A program made the position numbers and the translations under genes. A stretch of DNA of 64,000 nt from a virus (taxonomy: Duplodnaviria; Caudoviricetes), in the IMG/VR virus record IMGVR_UViG_3300031993_000061, positions 4,586 to 68,585 of that record. One strand, 5' to 3'. Position 1 is the stretch's first letter, and every line of letters starts with the position of its first letter. Positions 60,402-64,000 of this stretch are shown here, in pieces. The notes below the pieces were generated by a model, which searched no databases, was not told the origin of the DNA, and saw only the letters and a list, made by a program, of their open reading frames with translations.

Positions 60402-63400
60402 TTGAACTATACACCTTATCACGTTCATACCGATTATTCTTTGCTTGACAGTTGCACGCAATATACCGACTATATTGACAAAGCAAAAGAATGTGGTATG
60501 TCGGCGATTGCATTTTCGGAACACGGCAAAATCAGCGGTTGGTTTAAGAAAATGCAATATTGTCGTAAAAACGGTCTGAAATATATTCATGCGGTTGAGT
60601 GTTATTTGACCAAAGAATTAGACGCAAAATTACGAGACAATTATCATACCATTCTAATTGCCAAAAATACGGCAGGCATGAAAGAACTGAATACCGTTAT
60701 CGGAAAGTCATTCGATAAAGACCATTTCTATTATAGTAACAGAATTTCTTTTGATGAGTTTCTTTCACTTTCCGATAACATTCTGACAACGTCTGCTTGT
60801 TTGGCAAGTCCGTTGAACAAATTGGAAAAGTTAGACCCTTATTACGATAAACTTCTGAATCGCTACGACTATTTAGAGATTCAGCCACACGACGATGACG
60901 AACAGAGGGCATTCAATATCGACCTTGCCTTTATGGCTGATAAATGGCATAAGCCGTTGATTGCAGGTACGGATACACACTCTTTGAATTCGTATAAGGC
61001 AGAATGCAGAACGATTCTGATGAAATATAAAGGCAAATCTTATGGTAATGAAGACCATTTTGATTTGGTTTTCAAAACATATGAAGAATTGCTTTATGCT
61101 TTTGAGAAACAGAACTGTCTGCCGGAAAGTGTATATCGCGAAGCCATTGAAAACACGAACACAATGGCCAATATGATAGAAGAATATGATGTGGACACTT
61201 CCGCTAAATATCCGATTCTATACGGCTCGAAAGAGGCAGACCACGAGAAGTTTATTGAACGGATTCATACCAAGTTCCAAGAAAAAATTGACAATGGGAT
61301 TATTCCGCAGAATCAAGTAGAGTCGTTCAAAAAGGCCATCGACGAAGAAATCCGTGTCTTTACCAAAATTGGTATGGACGGCTTTATGCTTTCGATGTCT
61401 GAAATCCTTGATTGGTGTCACCAAAACGGCATTGTGACAGGTACGGCAAGAGGTTCTGTTGGCGGTAGCCGTGTGGCGTATCTTATCGATATTATTGATA
61501 TGAATCCCGAAGATTGGGGAACTATCTTCTCTCGGTTTGCGAATGAAAATCGAATTGAGCTCGGTTGATTATCACTATTGAGCCGAGCGTTTGAATAAAC
61601 CTATTGAACTGCTGGAAACTCCTTAGAGACACATTAACCACAACGTATGCATGAAACAAGGCAAGGCGTGAAGGTTTGAAAATAATGTGTATTGGACAAT
61701 CAGCAACAAAGCCCCGAACAGGGGAATGCTCAACGACCATCGAAAGCATAGCCAAATGGCAAAGAAGCGAGTAGAGTAGGGCGACAGCCCGAAGTGGTAG
61801 GCATCCGACATCGGATGAAGATATGGTCTGGTCTTTATGGAAACATAAAGTGAGTGAATCTCATTTATATTAAGTGTGTTATATATAATTTAGACAGAAA
61901 GGTGGTGATAATGTGGGAAAAATGCATGATATTACTAATAATAGATATAATCACTGGACGGTATTGCGATTCGACAAGAGAGACGGCGAGAGATATCGAT
62001 GGATTTGCCGGTGTGACTGTGGTACGATACGCAGTGTAGAGGCATCGTCGTTAAAATCTGGCGCAACAAAGTGTTGTGGTTGTATTAAGCATCCGGCCAA
62101 GGGGAACTTGAAGCACGGTGGCAGGAATGAACGCCTATATGGTGTATGGAACGGAATGAAAAACCGTTGCTACGATGCTGACGATAGGGCTTTTAAGTGG
62201 TATGGTGGAAGAGGAATCAAAGTATGCGACGAGTGGGTCAATGATTATGGTGCATTTCGTCAGTGGGCATTAGAGAACGGCTACGATGATTCGTTGAATA
62301 AATATGAATGTACCATAGACAGAATCAATGATAATGGCGACTATTCACCAGACAATTGTAGGTTTACCAATATGGTAGTTCAAAACAACAATCGTCGCTC
62401 TAACGTCGTGATAACATTCAATGGTGAAAGCCATACTTTGAAAGAATGGTCATATATCACTGGGCTTAATTATTCCATGCTAAAGAAACGATACAAGTAT
62501 GGGTGGAGCGCAGAACGAATGTTATCAACACCAAACACACACAAACACACTTAATATAAAAACATAAACGGACATAGATACTGACGTCATCGAAGAAGAC
62601 AGGCCAAAAATATTCCGTCACGTTATCGACAGATTCGGAGAGGAAAAATGCGCGAGAGTGACGGCGTTTGGTACAATTGCAGACAAGGCCGCCATTGATG
62701 AGATAGGCGGTGCGCTTGCCAAGTATTGGGACGAGCAACACCAAGATGGTGGCGACAATCCGTATTCGCTCGCTCGTATCAAGGCCATCAAGAAAGAGTA
62801 TTCTGAAAACCCAGACGCTACCAAACAAAAGTATAAAGATATTTTCTATTATTACGACGGTCTTGTTGGGACAAAAGTCTCACAGTCCATTCACCCCGCT
62901 GGTATGGTTATCTCGCCAGTAAATCTCCGAGAGAATTATGGCGTATTCAACAAGGACGGCGACGACTGCTTGTTCCTCGATATGGATGAATGCCACGATT
63001 TAGGCCTTGTAAAATACGACTTCCTTTGTCTTGTCAATGTCAAGATTATTAAGGAAACTTGTGAAATGCTCGGCATACCATATCCGAAATCATACCAAAT
63101 GAATTGGAATGACGAAGCCGTATGGAAAGATATGCTACGCACTTCAAGCGGTATCTTTCAGATGGAATCAGACTTTGCTTTTCAGTTGTTAAGCAAACTG
63201 AAACCGAAAAACATTGTCGAGATGTCGCACATTACGGCCGCAATCCGTCCTGCTGGTGCTTCGTACCGAGATGACCTTGTGGCAAGAAAACGTCACGATA
63301 ATGGCTCTAAATTGATTAACGACCTTTTGGACAAGAACTATGGCTTCTTGATTTATCAAGAGGATGTGACCAAGTTCCTAACGGATATTTGTGGATTCAG

Positions 63401-64000
63401 CGGTGGCGAAGCAGACACCATGCGTCGAGCGATTGCCAAGAAAAAGGTAGAGCAAGTCAACGCACAGATTCCGAAAATTATTGATGGCTATTGTGCGTCG
63501 TCCGACAAACCGAGAGCCGTTGCTGAAAAAGAAGCACAATCTTTTATCCGTGTTATGCAAGATGCAGGCGACTATATGTTCAATTACAGCCATTCCGTCG
63601 CCTACTGTCTTATCGGCTATATGTGCGCCTATTTCCGCTATTATCACCCGGTCGAATTTATCACGGCATTATTAAACAACGCCAAAGATTCCGCTGATAC
63701 GCAGAAATTTACAGAGTTGGCAAGGGTATACGGTATCACCATTACTGCACCGAAGTTCGGTATCTCTCTCGGTCATTATGCCCCTCTCACAGAGCAGAAA
63801 ATGATTGCTAAGGGGATGTCGTCTATCAAGGGTATTTCTGACGATGTGGCAAACAAGTTGGCCGACGTGGCAAAAGAATTGGATTCTGATTATCTTGTCG
63901 ATGTCTTTGTCGGAGCGGTGAATCACGGTGTGAATTCCGATAAATTAGAGACGCTGATGAAGGTCGACTTCTTTGATAAATATGGCAATTTCAGAGAGGT
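60402..64000 (+). CDS. dnaE: DNA polymerase III alpha-type (C-family) phage polymerase, split by a group I intron (exon 1 60402-61565, exon 2 from 62571 past the window end)
   Basis: PHP motifs HVHTDYSLLD and SEHG; GTARGSVGGS; spliced FANENRIELG-DIDTD; IHPAGMV, KYDFLCL, IFQMES, FNYSHSVAY; promoter 60340/60363. Confidence 0.93.
61566..62570 (+). mobile_element. Group I intron in dnaE (1005 nt) with an HNH endonuclease ORF
   Basis: P1 CTCGGU/GCCGAG with a U-G pair at the splice site; core GAACTGCTGGAA/AATCAGCAACAAAG, AAGATATGGTCT; terminal G. Confidence 0.92.
61913..62554 (+). CDS. Intron-encoded HNH homing endonuclease
   Basis: WICRCDCG..CGC..RLYGVWNGMKNRC..YGGRGI..IDRINDNGDYSPDNCR. Confidence 0.85.
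   Translation: MGKMHDITNNRYNHWTVLRFDKRDGERYRWICRCDCGTIRSVEASSLKSGATKCCGCIKHPAKGNLKHGGRNERLYGVWNGMKNRCYDADDRAFKWYGGRGIKVCDEWVNDYGAFRQWALENGYDDSLNKYECTIDRINDNGDYSPDNCRFTNMVVQNNNRRSNVVITFNGESHTLKEWSYITGLNYSMLKKRYKYGWSAERMLSTPNTHKHT

Noticed and set aside
1-64000. CRISPR array, rRNA, tmRNA, RNase P or SRP RNA
   Set aside because: No regularly spaced repeat-spacer units and none of the consensus motifs seen by eye; a covariance-model scan would be needed to exclude divergent forms
1-64000. Release factor, aminoacyl-tRNA synthetase, integrase, or reverse transcriptase/DGR
   Set aside because: No ORF with the corresponding motifs in this window; they may lie elsewhere in the genome

Overview
64 kb segment of a large lytic dsDNA phage genome with a T4-like head module, probably infecting an anaerobic Firmicute (host is inferred from sigmaA-type promoters, DnaE, class III RNR and an amidase endolysin). 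All supported genes are on the + strand. The genome reassigns TAG to a sense codon, most likely Gln (code 15). Evidence: 20 in-frame TAGs interrupt 9 otherwise intact genes (7 in the large terminase), no supported gene needs TAG as its stop, and a Gln-like CUA suppressor tRNA is present. The window carries replication and nucleotide genes (primase-helicase, dnaE, nrdD/G/H, thyX-like, DUF5664), a terminase-portal-protease-capsid module, lysis genes, an ~11 kb array of small early genes and a tRNA/ncRNA cluster. It also holds four group I introns (two in the major capsid gene, one in dnaE, one in tRNA-Leu), an intein in nrdD and several homing endonucleases. Best novelty candidates: (1) a 54-nt mini-tRNA followed by a pseudoknotted RNA displaying tandem anti-Shine-Dalgarno/anti-AUG sequences; (2) an orphan MazF/PemK-like RNase readable only with amber suppression, which shares a 31-aa C-terminal module with its upstream neighbour; (3) a UUG-anticodon tRNA with a class II long variable arm; (4) multidomain proteins punctuated by xxES motifs that may be prohead-protease cleavage sites. 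Family assignments come from motif recognition by eye; no database searches were run.
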